This document shows positions 17,168-27,339 of a stretch of DNA of 41,193 nucleotides, one piece after another (position 1 is the stretch's first letter; each line of letters opens with the position of its first letter). The DNA is from Ilyomonas sp. (GTDB taxonomy: Bacteria; Bacteroidota; Bacteroidia; Chitinophagales; Chitinophagaceae): the NCBI GenBank assembly GCA_964658445.1, contig CAZZZH010000008.1:1-41193 (forward strand), written 5' to 3'. Both the position numbers and the translations under genes were made by a program. Below the pieces are notes generated by a model. That model ran no database searches and was not told where the DNA came from. It was given only the letters and a program-made list of their open reading frames with translations.

Positions 17168-20100
17168 TTATCGTATTAATACCACCGTTCCTTTGTAAGT
17201 AAACAATTCACCGGTATCGCAAACAAGTTCAGCTATATAAACATAAGTGCCCGGCGGCATGGGTTTGTTTTTATAAGTTCCATCCCAGCCTGTATAAGAA
17301 GTTTCGCCAACGCTCAGGTTAGTAGTCTCAAAAAGTTCTTCGCCCAACCTGTCGAATACTGCAAAATGCCTTATTTCTTTAATGCCGCTTCCAGTCACGG
17401 TAAAGCGATCGTTTCTGCCATCGCTGTTAGGTGTAAAAGCGCTTGGAATCCGCACCAGGCTTGTCTTACAGAGAATATGAACCTGAACTGAATCATATGC
17501 CACACAACCGCTTCTGTTGGTTACTTGCACCACATATTGTATATCGGCATGCGGCGTAACGCTGATGGCAGCGCAGCTATCACAGTCAATGTAAGTGTCC
17601 GGTATCCATTGCCATCTTACAACATCGTTACTAGCCGTAGCCAGCAGTTGCACCGGCACACCTGCAAATGTTGTTGCATCCATACCTGCATTTACAGTTG
17701 GCAGCGCCGCTGTAAGAACCTGGGTAGAAGCCGTGTCTGTAAAGCAACTATATTTATCAGCACCCACTACTGTGTAAAGTTTAGAAGTATATACCGAAGC
17801 GGTCGGATTGGCAACATCAGGATTGCTAACGTTATTGTCTAACCAATGATATTTGTCTGCGCCCGAAGCATTCAATTGCGCTACACCACCAGGACAGATA
17901 TAAACCGGCGAAGGTGTGACAACACGAAAGCGTTGGGTTACATCAATTGCTATTGAATCGTTGCTTACACAGCCATTTTCATTCTTTACGGTTACAAAAT
18001 ACAACGTTGCTGTGTCGGGAAAGACATAAGGCGAAGCAGTGCCTGCGCCTGAAATAAATTCGTTCGGCGTCCATTGATATAGAACACCATCATGTGCCTC
18101 TAACTGCACGGAATCGCCCTGGCAAAGCCGGGCTGTCAATGGCGATGGATTGATAACCGGGCGGGCGTGTACCAGCACAGGATGCCAGGCAGTATCATAG
18201 CAACCTTTATCATTTACAACCAAAGAAACAGAATCGATACCCGGTGTGGTAAACTGGTGATCCGGCGTATTCTTCAGCAAGGAAACATCTCCGTTCCCAA
18301 ACTGCCAGTGCCAGGTAACAATGCTTGTAGAACTACCGGTAAATGCAGCAGAGTCATCTTCGCAAAGCTGCGCCGGGCCTGCAATGTAGGCTTTCGGCGT
18401 AGGCTGCACAACGATTGTATCTGAAGTGATATCGATACAGCCATACGGCGATGCGCCGCTAAGTGTTACTTCATAAGTGCCGATATGATTATAGGTAAAA
18501 GAAGTGCTTTCGGTATTGGCAGTATCTCTTCCGTTTCCTGTTCCAAAATCCCAGTGATAAGAGAGTGGCAAGCCCAATGTTTTAGCCTCGCTTACAACAG
18601 CGGGTGTAAAAAGAAGTACAGATGAATCGCAGGCTACCAGTGCATTTGTATTAATGGTAAGATGCAATGTATCGATGATAATCGGCTTGGTTAAAAAGAA
18701 TGGAAACTTGCAATTGTTACCATCACTTACAATAAGCGAAGGCGTGTAAACACCAGCCGTGAGATAACGATGTTCGGCAAAAGTGTCGCTGTTATTCAGC
18801 AAGGTGCCATCGCCAAAGTCCCAGGTAAAATTCTTTGTGTTGGAAGAGGCTGCTGTTAGTGTTATCAGCTCTGCACCACAGGCAAATGGCTTCACGGTTT
18901 TCAATTCTGCAAATGGTCCTTTAATAGTTACCATCTGGAAAACAGAGTCGATGGTTCCATCTAAAAAATATCCATACAGTGTCACTTTATAAATACCCGG
19001 CTTATCGTAAATATGCCCTGCATTATCCAAGTTATCAGCCGTGCTGCCGTCGCCAAAATCCCAGCTTACTTTAGTGGTGTTGATTGAAGTATTCACAAAG
19101 CTGGCGATTACCGGCGGGCAGCCACCATCTGGGTTTACATAGGTTGTAGTATAGGTAAACGAAAGGTTCGGGTTTTTTACATACACTATTTGAACGGCAG
19201 TGTCGGCGCAACTTTCAGCAGTGTTAAACGCAATCAGCGATACGGTATCATTACTTTCATGGCTGTAAATGTGAGATACCTGATTTGTATAAGGCTGGTT
19301 CTTTATTCCGGCTCCATCTCCATAGTTCCAGGTATATTGGTTGTCGCCATTGTTGGTATTGGTAGTAATAGTTTGGTTGTAAAAAGATACGCTGGTAGCG
19401 GGCAATACCGGGTTTTCTGAAATGGAAAAGGCAGCTTTAGGACCCGTTACTGTTATTATACCATCATCCACGGAAGTAGAATCGCTGCAGCCTTTTGCAT
19501 CCGTTACCGTAAGCACGGCATGGTATATACCCGGACCATCGTAAGGATGCGCCACCTTCGTACCTTGGATATTTACTTGGGACAGGCTGTCGCCAAATTG
19601 CCAATCCCATTTCACGATGGGAGAGTTATGACTTGGATGCGAAGCATCGGTAAAAACGGCTGGCGTTTTAAAACAAATTTTATTGTCGGCAACCGTAAAA
19701 CCGGCAATAGGTCCTAATGCTTGAAACGATAAATAATTGGTGGTGTCGGCACAACCAAAATGATTTGAAGCCGTGATGATGCGAAGCGCAGTTTCGTTCA
19801 CATTTACATCTGTAAGATTTACACCAAACGTAGTTTGCCCGGTACTATCGGCAATAGAACTATTGCCCGTAAAAGCAGTACCATCTTTATATTGAATCAA
19901 ACTTAATTTATAGCCTAAAGCGTCGTTGCCTGTGTAAGGGTTAGCATCTATCCCTGATATGGTAGTAAGAAAAACATCGTTGCTGCAAAACGTTGTGTTG
20001 CCTGCCGATAATACCGGCTTTTGTTTTAGCAATACAAACACACTGGCAGAATCAATGGCAGAGCAGTTTCCATTAGTTGCTGTGAGCGTTATGTGATAAG

Positions 20101-22087
20101 TTCCGCTTGCTTTATAATGATGTTGTACCTGCACCTGGTGTGCGTTGTAAACAGAAGGCGCCGTACCATCGCCAAAGTCCCAGCTATATTGCTCTGCCTT
20201 CTGCGATGTATCGGTAAAGGTAACCAAATCTCTTATGCCATCGCAGGTATTAAGTGCGCTTGCTATATGCGGGAAAGGCGGTAGTACAGTAAGATAATTC
20301 TTCTTCGTTACTGTATCTGTACATCCATTATTATTTATAACCAACGAAACGGTATAAACCGAATCGTGCCGATAGCTATGTGTGTAAGGTGGTGGTGGCG
20401 TAGTATATCCTTTCCCATCACCAAAATCCCAGAAATATTGACCTGCTAAATTAGAGCCTGATACCAGGAACGAAACAGGATTGCTTCCGCAAATAGTAGT
20501 GCCCGGCGTTGCCGTAAAATCAAACTTTGGCCTTTCGTAAACATCAAGTGTGTATTGCGTTTTACCTGCGCAGCCACTTGAGGTTATGTAACCCAATGAA
20601 ATGGTGTAATGTCCCGGTGATGTGAAGGTATGCGATGGTGTTGCCTCCGCCGAATGAGGAGTGCCATCACCAAAATCCCAATCGAATTGAGTAAGGTTAG
20701 CTTCGGTTAAAGCTGAAAAAATGGTGGTCTTAGTTTCGCATCCTAAATCGCCTTCCGAGCTTGCAATACTCACGGTTGCTTTGTGCACTTCTACCGGTTG
20801 GGTTAACTGTGCTGAACATCCGTTTGCATTAGTGGCAGTAAGTGTTACACTATACGTTCCATTGGCATCGTATAGGTGAGAAGCGGTTTGCCCGGAAGCC
20901 GTTGAGCCACTTCCAAAATCCCATTGCCACGCCGTAGCGTTGTTGGTTGTATCTCTAAAGTCAACCGTAACGGGCGCGCCGCAGCTACCTTGTAGTTTAG
21001 CTATAAAACCGGCAGTTGGCGCAGCTAGTACGGTAATCTTTTTATCGGCTGAATCGGGGCAGGTTTCATATGTGTTTATTAACTGAATATGGTGCTCGCC
21101 GGGCGTTGCAAACACTTGTTGTAATTGGTTGGCAGTTGTATCAATAACGGCAGTTCCGTCTATTCTCCATTGCTCTGTAGTTGCTGTGGGTGTGCTGATG
21201 TCGGTAAACGTTGTAAGTGTGTTCTGACAAATAATATCCGGCACATTAAACCTTGTATGATAATCGGCTACGTTGACAGGTGTGTTCAGTATAGTGTCTG
21301 ATACACAACCATCTTTGCTGGTTGCCGTCAGCTTTACGGTGTACCTGCCGGGTTGGCTGTAAGTATGCTGCGGCTGCGCAGTGGTAGAGGTGTTGCCATC
21401 GCCAAATTCCCACTGGTAAGAAAGTGTTCCGGTGCCTGCGCTTGTGTTTGTAAAAGATACGGCATCCTGTACTGTACAAAGTACATTTCTATCTGGTGTA
21501 AAAGCTGCAATTACCTGCGGTAAAACTTCTATCAGTTGCGGCTTCGATAAGGTATTGTAACAGCCATAACTGTTGGTAACAGTAAGGCTGGGCGAAATAG
21601 TTTTAGCAATGTTGTAGGTATGCACCAATGTGCCATCACCTGCCTCGGCAATGCCATCGCCAAAGTCCCAGGTATAAGCACTTATGGTGCCATCGCCGGC
21701 TTCAGAATGGCTGGTAAATGTAACCGCAAGTGGCGCACAGCCCTTAGTAATATCTACTGCAAAATCGACGACAGGTTTTTTGTAAACCGTTACTTGTATG
21801 GATTTGGAAGACTTTTGTCCGCCATCGGTAACGGTGAGCGTTACTGTATAAATGCCTTCATCGTTGTAAGTGGTGCCAGGGTTTTCTAAAGCCGAACTGT
21901 TGGTGTTACCAAAGTCCCATGAATAAACAGCAGCAGAAGAAAAGCCGGTAGAATGATTGGTAAACGATATAGCTAATGGAGAACAGCCTGATGTTTTATC
22001 TGCAGAAAAATCTGCCTGCTGCGCCGACACTGCCAGCGCAAGGCACATGAAAAAAATGAATAAATACCAGTTCTTCCCGACGGGCAT
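17168..22087 (-). CDS. PKD-repeat surface protein with T9SS type-B (gliding motility-associated) C-terminal domain
   Basis: About 13-14 W(D/E/Q)FG-type PKD repeats; C-terminus IPSAFTPNSDGRNDRF...WDGTYKNKPMPPGTYVY...KGTVVLIR; signal peptide ending VSA-Q; start uncertain (22138, 22087 or slightly later). Confidence 0.92.
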   Translation of the reverse strand: MPVGKNWYLFIFFMCLALAVSAQQADFSADKTSGCSPLAISFTNHSTGFSSAAVYSWDFGNTNSSALENPGTTYNDEGIYTVTLTVTDGGQKSSKSIQVTVYKKPVVDFAVDITKGCAPLAVTFTSHSEAGDGTISAYTWDFGDGIAEAGDGTLVHTYNIAKTISPSLTVTNSYGCYNTLSKPQLIEVLPQVIAAFTPDRNVLCTVQDAVSFTNTSAGTGTLSYQWEFGDGNTSTTAQPQHTYSQPGRYTVKLTATSKDGCVSDTILNTPVNVADYHTRFNVPDIICQNTLTTFTDISTPTATTEQWRIDGTAVIDTTANQLQQVFATPGEHHIQLINTYETCPDSADKKITVLAAPTAGFIAKLQGSCGAPVTVDFRDTTNNATAWQWDFGSGSTASGQTASHLYDANGTYSVTLTATNANGCSAQLTQPVEVHKATVSIASSEGDLGCETKTTIFSALTEANLTQFDWDFGDGTPHSAEATPSHTFTSPGHYTISLGYITSSGCAGKTQYTLDVYERPKFDFTATPGTTICGSNPVSFLVSGSNLAGQYFWDFGDGKGYTTPPPPYTHSYRHDSVYTVSLVINNNGCTDTVTKKNYLTVLPPFPHIASALNTCDGIRDLVTFTDTSQKAEQYSWDFGDGTAPSVYNAHQVQVQHHYKASGTYHITLTATNGNCSAIDSASVFVLLKQKPVLSAGNTTFCSNDVFLTTISGIDANPYTGNDALGYKLSLIQYKDGTAFTGNSSIADSTGQTTFGVNLTDVNVNETALRIITASNHFGCADTTNYLSFQALGPIAGFTVADNKICFKTPAVFTDASHPSHNSPIVKWDWQFGDSLSQVNIQGTKVAHPYDGPGIYHAVLTVTDAKGCSDSTSVDDGIITVTGPKAAFSISENPVLPATSVSFYNQTITTNTNNGDNQYTWNYGDGAGIKNQPYTNQVSHIYSHESNDTVSLIAFNTAESCADTAVQIVYVKNPNLSFTYTTTYVNPDGGCPPVIASFVNTSINTTKVSWDFGDGSTADNLDNAGHIYDKPGIYKVTLYGYFLDGTIDSVFQMVTIKGPFAELKTVKPFACGAELITLTAASSNTKNFTWDFGDGTLLNNSDTFAEHRYLTAGVYTPSLIVSDGNNCKFPFFLTKPIIIDTLHLTINTNALVACDSSVLLFTPAVVSEAKTLGLPLSYHWDFGTGNGRDTANTESTSFTYNHIGTYEVTLSGASPYGCIDITSDTIVVQPTPKAYIAGPAQLCEDDSAAFTGSSTSIVTWHWQFGNGDVSLLKNTPDHQFTTPGIDSVSLVVNDKGCYDTAWHPVLVHARPVINPSPLTARLCQGDSVQLEAHDGVLYQWTPNEFISGAGTASPYVFPDTATLYFVTVKNENGCVSNDSIAIDVTQRFRVVTPSPVYICPGGVAQLNASGADKYHWLDNNVSNPDVANPTASVYTSKLYTVVGADKYSCFTDTASTQVLTAALPTVNAGMDATTFAGVPVQLLATASNDVVRWQWIPDTYIDCDSCAAISVTPHADIQYVVQVTNRSGCVAYDSVQVHILCKTSLVRIPSAFTPNSDGRNDRFTVTGSGIKEIRHFAVFDRLGEELFETTNLSVGETSYTGWDGTYKNKPMPPGTYVYIAELVCDTGELFTYKGTVVLIR

Positions 22088-22529
22088 GTTTAAGTTCGCA
22101 TTGTTATGTTCACTTTTACCCTTGGATTTTAAAAGCAAACGATATGTTTATATTTATTCTGATGATAGCGGAGAAACTTCATTATTCTATAACAAGATAA
22201 TAAGGTAACGTACCGACGGTATCATAGCAGCGTTTATAGTGTGCGCCAAACCGAGAGCAAGAATGATGCTAAAGAACGTAATTTCTCTGGCTATCATCAG
22301 AGTATATTGTGAAATTAGAAAAGCCGTAGCTAGCAAGAAATAAATTTGTAAGTAATAGAAAATACAGAAACGTTCTTGCAATATTTGAAAAGGCAAATCG
22401 TTTTGCGCTTTGCTAAAAAAATATAAGGACTGCGCCGATTTGCATCTACATTTATACAGAGTATCAGCTTATATATAATGACTGGCGTTGCTTTATTTAT
22501 TTTGCCGTAAAACATTTTAGAGACACTTC

Positions 22530-22958
22530 ATGCAAAGCAAAAAAGAAATAGATGTCGTTGATAAAATTTTGGATGCCTGCTATAAAAGTGCGCAGTTTCC
22601 TTTGTTTGTTATGAGCCTGATGCACCAGTATGAGGAGCGCGGAAGCCTTAGCAAGAAGCAGTTGCAGGGCTTGTATTACAAGGCAGAGAAAGTGCCGGAC
22701 ATGCCACCAAACTGGCTGGCCACATTAGAAGCGAAAATTGCAAAGATGCCTAACCGTTTTAAATCGGAAGTACCTGCAGAGACAAAGCCAATGTATCAAA
22801 AAGATGTAAACGCAGGCCAGTTAATTGAGGATATCTTAAGAAAATACCCGCAGCATAAAAGAGTATTATTTTTGCAATCGAAATATAACCGCAATGAAGC
22901 TTTAACTACAGCTGACGTAGCTGAACTGGAAAGATTTGTAAAGATTCTTTTAAAATAA
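22530..22958 (+). CDS. Hypothetical protein
   Basis: 142-aa ORF with ATG start, protein-like composition and TATTTTGC at 22498-22505. Confidence 0.75.
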   Translation: MQSKKEIDVVDKILDACYKSAQFPLFVMSLMHQYEERGSLSKKQLQGLYYKAEKVPDMPPNWLATLEAKIAKMPNRFKSEVPAETKPMYQKDVNAGQLIEDILRKYPQHKRVLFLQSKYNRNEALTTADVAELERFVKILLK

Positions 22959-23045
22959 AATCTCTGAAAGAACATTTTTACGTACCCTGCCTTCACCTGC
23001 TTTTTGTTGTATAATGGATTAGTTTCGTTTCAAAATTTATTTACT

Positions 23046-23690
23046 ATGAAAACAATTTCTTTAAGAACAGCAGCTGTTGCTTATGTTCTGCTTGCCATTG
23101 TGTCGGGTTGTTCTAAAGATGCTGCTACTGCTTCGCAAAGTTCAGGTTCTGCAACAGATTCAAAAGTGGCGGCAATAGATAACTTAGCCGCTGCCAAGGC
23201 TTATAAAACATACGTGATAGAGGCTGGAAATCATTATGCTAACGGACAGCATTTTCCATTGTTTTCGGGTAATGGAATATCTTTTTCTGCCATCTTCGAC
23301 AGCTCTGCCATTTACAACTTTACCGATCCGAATACCAAGTACGATCAGAACACTTTGTATGGCTTTGCCGACAACAATAAAAACCATCGCCTGTTTAGTG
23401 CGCGCTTTGGCTGGCGCTGGTTTGACGGTAGTTTGCAGATAGCTGCTTATACTTTTAATAACGGCGATTCTACCATTGTAGAAATGGGTACTGTGCCTTT
23501 AAATACAGCCATTTCTTACTCAATCGCTATCAACGGCAGCCATTATAATTTTAAACTGAATGATACTGGCTTTGTTTCATTGCCGCGCGCCAGTACAACT
23601 GCTATGGCAGGTAGATATAAGCTGCTCCCTTACTTTGGTGGAGATGCAGTAGCACCGCATAGGGTTACAATTAAAATAAAACAAAACTGA
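23046..23690 (+). CDS. Lipoprotein of unknown function (beta-rich, possibly lectin-like)
   Basis: Lipobox VSGC after MKTISLR...; low-complexity linker then aromatic beta-rich domain ending PYFGGDAVAPH; ATG 23046 preferred. Confidence 0.8.
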   Translation: MKTISLRTAAVAYVLLAIVSGCSKDAATASQSSGSATDSKVAAIDNLAAAKAYKTYVIEAGNHYANGQHFPLFSGNGISFSAIFDSSAIYNFTDPNTKYDQNTLYGFADNNKNHRLFSARFGWRWFDGSLQIAAYTFNNGDSTIVEMGTVPLNTAISYSIAINGSHYNFKLNDTGFVSLPRASTTAMAGRYKLLPYFGGDAVAPHRVTIKIKQN

Positions 23691-23707
23691 GCTGTACTTT
23701 TTTTATG

Positions 23708-23736
23708 AAAAAGCAACCTTTCTGGGTTGCTTTTTT
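23708..23736 (+). terminator. Intrinsic terminator
   Basis: aaaaagcaacc-tttctg-ggttgctttttt. Confidence 0.8.
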
Positions 23737-23982
23737 GTTGACGATTACATGATGTAAATCGAGTAGATTCAGAATGCCAGATGGGCGGCAAAAGGAAATC
23801 AGCTATCACCAACGCAACCCATAAATTTGATAGCTGACCTTTTATTATTAGTAACGTATTTAATCAATGGCTTAATTATTAACCAGGCGTACAAGAGTGC
23901 GACGCAACTTGGCTTAACCGGAGTTCCTATCTTCTGGTTCATAATGGCTGTTCTGCATTTTGTATTTCTTCGGTAACTGCTT

Positions 23983-24030
23983 GCAATTTATTTTTTCTTC
24001 GTGCAACGATTGTTTATATATGGCAATCAA
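23983..24030 (+). promoter_or_regulatory. Candidate ECF promoter upstream of the ECF sigma gene
   Basis: GCAATTTATTTTTT...CGTGCAACG, GCAAC-N17-AATC; same motif recurs at 26002-26052. Confidence 0.55.
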
Positions 24031-24044
24031 CATAGCAGCACAGC

Positions 24045-24599
24045 ATGAATATACAAGCTTTGGTAACGGCCTGCCTGAAAGGAAATGCGCAAGCGCAAAA
24101 GCAACTTTATGATGCTTATGCAGCGCAAATGATGGGCATTTGCTATCGGTATACCAAGACTGTGGAAGATGCGGAAGATGTGCTGCAGGAAGGGTTTATA
24201 AAAGTATTTGTTCATCTGAAGCAATACGACGGCAGTGGCGAACTGGGTGCATGGATAAGGCGTATTATGGTAAACACGGCGCTGGCAACTTTGAAAAAGA
24301 ATATTGCTTATAGCACCGACATGCTAATGCCTGAAGAGCACATGCATTTGGTAAGCGATGAGAATCCCGACATTGCTGTACAAACTAAAGAATTGATAGA
24401 ACTGATACGACAACTGCCACCGGGTTATCAAACCGTGTTCAACCTTTATGCTGTTGATGGGTTTACACACTCAGAAATAGGTGCCATGCTGGGTGTAAGC
24501 GAAAGCACCAGCCGCTCGCAATACATGCGTGCCCGAGTGATATTGATAAACTGGCTAAAGAAACAGCCGGGCGAACATAAAACATCATCTTATGCCTGA
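24045..24599 (+). CDS. ECF RNA polymerase sigma factor
   Basis: Region 2 DAEDVLQEGFIKVF...WIRRIMVN; region 4 LPPGYQTVFNLYAVDGFTHSEIGAMLGVSESTSRSQY. Confidence 0.95.
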   Translation: MNIQALVTACLKGNAQAQKQLYDAYAAQMMGICYRYTKTVEDAEDVLQEGFIKVFVHLKQYDGSGELGAWIRRIMVNTALATLKKNIAYSTDMLMPEEHMHLVSDENPDIAVQTKELIELIRQLPPGYQTVFNLYAVDGFTHSEIGAMLGVSESTSRSQYMRARVILINWLKKQPGEHKTSSYA

Positions 24600-26022
24600 A
24601 GAGAATTTTGAAGAGCAGGCGCGAAAGCTTATTGAACCGTTTCGCATGGAGCCGAAGCCGGCTGTGTGGCAGCAGGTAAGAGCTTCTGTTGCGCCATCCA
24701 AGCGAAGGCGAAGAGCGTTACTTTGGTGGTGGCTGCTGCCGCTTTGTGTGGCAGGCGGCTTAAGCATTTGGATGGCGCATCCAACCAAGTTATTAAAAAG
24801 AAACCAGCCTTTGGCGAACCTTGGAATAAGCCAAAAAAATAAACTGAGTAATCAGCAATCTGCCGCAAAGAATCGCCAACAGGAAAAAACGTTGCAAACA
24901 AAAAGTGAGCGAAAAAGAAGAACTTTTTCACAGGGATTGTTACAAAAAAATAAAGATGTGATTGTAGCAAAAAAAGATCTGATGAGTGCCAACAAAAACG
25001 AAGCAAAAGTTTATCATCAGCTTCGCGCGTCGCAAGAAAAATTGAGTGAAGAAAACAGGCAGGAAAGTAAACTCAATAAAAGTAATGATGTGGTTGTAAC
25101 CGGTAAAGAACAGTTTCTTCCATCCATTGAAAAAGGAATAAAACTGCATGATAAAAATGACACAACATCTTTGCTGATATCGGATTTTAAAGATACGCTG
25201 GCTGCCGCCAGCGACACTGTCTCAAATACAATCGCAGTAAGCAATTCAGCAGAGTCAGCACAAAAGAAAACAGATACCTCGACAGCGGTTACTATTAAAA
25301 AGAAAAAAGATAAACATAATTATTCTTTGGGCATACAGGCAGAATTGGGAACCGCTTCGCTGGGCAGTCGCCTGTTTGGCAATACAGAAAAAAATGCGCA
25401 ACTCGCTGGGCTATCTGTACCAGGTAGTGTGTTTGACCTTAATAACAGTGTAGGTAATGCAACGGTGATGAAGTATAGTATAAAAAGCGGAATTGATTTG
25501 TCAGTGGGTTTGTCTGTAAAGAAAGCATTATCTAAGTCTATCTATATCAACGGAGGAATAAGCTATCGCTACCAGCAATTTGGTATTTCGCAAACTATAT
25601 TTAAAGATACTTCCAACACAAACCCAACAGGTGCCAGTCAGGGCTTTTACTATTATGCCCAGGCTAAAGAGCGATTACATTTTGCTGATATTTATACAGG
25701 CATTGGCTGGCAAATCTTTCATCACAGTAAAACATCTTTTTCTCTGCAAGCCGGCGTTGACAATAACTTGCTGTTTTTGGTTAGCCAAAAACAAAACGGG
25801 CAGCCAGACACGGTTACAACTTTACCGATACGCAATTTTTATCAATGGCAGCCCTTCGTTCACTTGTCGCTTCCATTCGACTGGTATGTGGGTAAGCAAA
25901 CACATTTTGAGCTATCACCGTTTGTGCGGTTGGGTGTGCGGATATTTCAAAAGAACAGTGCTTCTTATAAAGATAATCACCTCGCTTCAATGGGTGTCCA
26001 GGCAATTTATTTTTTTAAGTAA
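24592..26022 (+). CDS. Putative anti-sigma factor with C-terminal outer-membrane beta-barrel-like domain
   Basis: Overlaps the sigma gene by 8 bp; short N-terminal domain (PKPAVWQQV), basic patch, TM helix, long K/S/N/Q linker, amphipathic beta strands ending GVQAIYFFK. Confidence 0.7.
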   Translation: MPEENFEEQARKLIEPFRMEPKPAVWQQVRASVAPSKRRRRALLWWWLLPLCVAGGLSIWMAHPTKLLKRNQPLANLGISQKNKLSNQQSAAKNRQQEKTLQTKSERKRRTFSQGLLQKNKDVIVAKKDLMSANKNEAKVYHQLRASQEKLSEENRQESKLNKSNDVVVTGKEQFLPSIEKGIKLHDKNDTTSLLISDFKDTLAAASDTVSNTIAVSNSAESAQKKTDTSTAVTIKKKKDKHNYSLGIQAELGTASLGSRLFGNTEKNAQLAGLSVPGSVFDLNNSVGNATVMKYSIKSGIDLSVGLSVKKALSKSIYINGGISYRYQQFGISQTIFKDTSNTNPTGASQGFYYYAQAKERLHFADIYTGIGWQIFHHSKTSFSLQAGVDNNLLFLVSQKQNGQPDTVTTLPIRNFYQWQPFVHLSLPFDWYVGKQTHFELSPFVRLGVRIFQKNSASYKDNHLASMGVQAIYFFK

Positions 26023-26052
26023 CCGTGCAACGGTTTCCTTTATTCATTCATC
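26002..26052 (+). promoter_or_regulatory. Second copy of the candidate ECF promoter
   Basis: GCAATTTATTTTTT...CGTGCAACG, GCAAC-N17-CATC upstream of ATG 26075. Confidence 0.55.
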
Positions 26053-26074
26053 ATCTACTTTATAAAACGATCTT

Positions 26075-27310
26075 ATGAAATCTATATCCGCTATTGCTTT
26101 GCTGGCTTTTATCTGCATCAGTTTTAATAGTTGCCTGAAAGATGTGAAACTACAGAAGTACACGTTTTATGTGCCTGAATATAGCTTAAAAACAGAAGTA
26201 AGAGCCGATATAAAAACCAGTGCACCGCAACCAGTATCTATGCCGGGCAGAATTTATTTGCAAGGAGATTATCTCTATGTAAACGAGATGGGTAAAGGCA
26301 TTCACATCTTTGATTACAGCCAGCCATCATCGCCACAAAATGTAGGATACATACCCATTCCGGGCAATGGTAATATGACGATCTATGGCAATTATTTGTA
26401 TGCCGATGAATACAGCGATCTCTTAACGCTGGATATAACGAACCCGATGGCTGCAAAGCTGGTAAATACAACACCGAATGTGTTTCCCGAAAATATTTAT
26501 GGCAATGGCGACCCAAACTATATTATAACTAGCTGGCGAAGGGTAGATACAATGGTGAAAAGCAAAGACCCGATTGTAACGAACCCTTATCCACCTTATC
26601 TTTATTACGATTATCCATCCCTCGCACAATCCGGACAAACACCAAAAAGTGCAGCAGGCGTTGCGGGCTCGATGGCACAGTTCACCACACTGGGCAGCCG
26701 CTTATATTCGGTATCGCTTCATTATCTGAATGTGTTCAATATTGAACAGCCAGCCAGCCCGGCATTTGTGCAGGCGGTGAATACAAACTATAGTGCTACC
26801 GAAACTATTTTTCCTTATGAAAACGATTTATTTCTAGGTGGCGGTAATGGCATGTTTATCTACGATGCAACGGACGCAGATAACCCGACGTTGAAAGGAA
26901 CCTTTGGTCACGAAACTGCCTGCGACCCGGTAATAGCTGAAGCCAACACAGCTTATGTAACCCTACACAGCGGAGACATGTGTGGAAATCTAAATAACGA
27001 ACTGGATGTGCTTAACACAACCGATATTACCAACCCCACGCTGGTAAAGACATATTCATTTACCAACCCGCGCGGACTGGCTAAAGATGGAAATAATTTG
27101 TTTGTCTGTGATGGACAAGATGGACTGAAAATATTGAATGCTGCTGATTTAAATAATATCACGCTGACTAAAGTCGTATCGGGCTTTACAGCCAACGATG
27201 TAATTGTGAGTAATGGTATCGCCATTGTTACGGCATCGGAAGGATTATTTTTAATTAACTATAGCGATGTGAGTAATGCGGCAGTGGTTGGCAAAATCAA
27301 TATACAGTAA
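26075..27310 (+). CDS. LVIVD-repeat lipoprotein (probable beta-propeller)
   Basis: Lipobox FNSC; repeats GIHIFDYSQPSSP, LLTLDITNP, LNVFNIEQPASP, GMFIYDATDADNP, LDVLNTTDITNP. Confidence 0.85.
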   Translation: MKSISAIALLAFICISFNSCLKDVKLQKYTFYVPEYSLKTEVRADIKTSAPQPVSMPGRIYLQGDYLYVNEMGKGIHIFDYSQPSSPQNVGYIPIPGNGNMTIYGNYLYADEYSDLLTLDITNPMAAKLVNTTPNVFPENIYGNGDPNYIITSWRRVDTMVKSKDPIVTNPYPPYLYYDYPSLAQSGQTPKSAAGVAGSMAQFTTLGSRLYSVSLHYLNVFNIEQPASPAFVQAVNTNYSATETIFPYENDLFLGGGNGMFIYDATDADNPTLKGTFGHETACDPVIAEANTAYVTLHSGDMCGNLNNELDVLNTTDITNPTLVKTYSFTNPRGLAKDGNNLFVCDGQDGLKILNAADLNNITLTKVVSGFTANDVIVSNGIAIVTASEGLFLINYSDVSNAAVVGKINIQ

Positions 27311-27339
27311 ACTCTACTTCTTGTTTAAAAAAAAGACAA

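Noticed and set aside
22187-22396. Small hydrophobic minus-strand ORF upstream of the PKD gene
   Set aside because: No recognisable family or expression signals; plausibly a chance ORF in an AT-rich divergent promoter region
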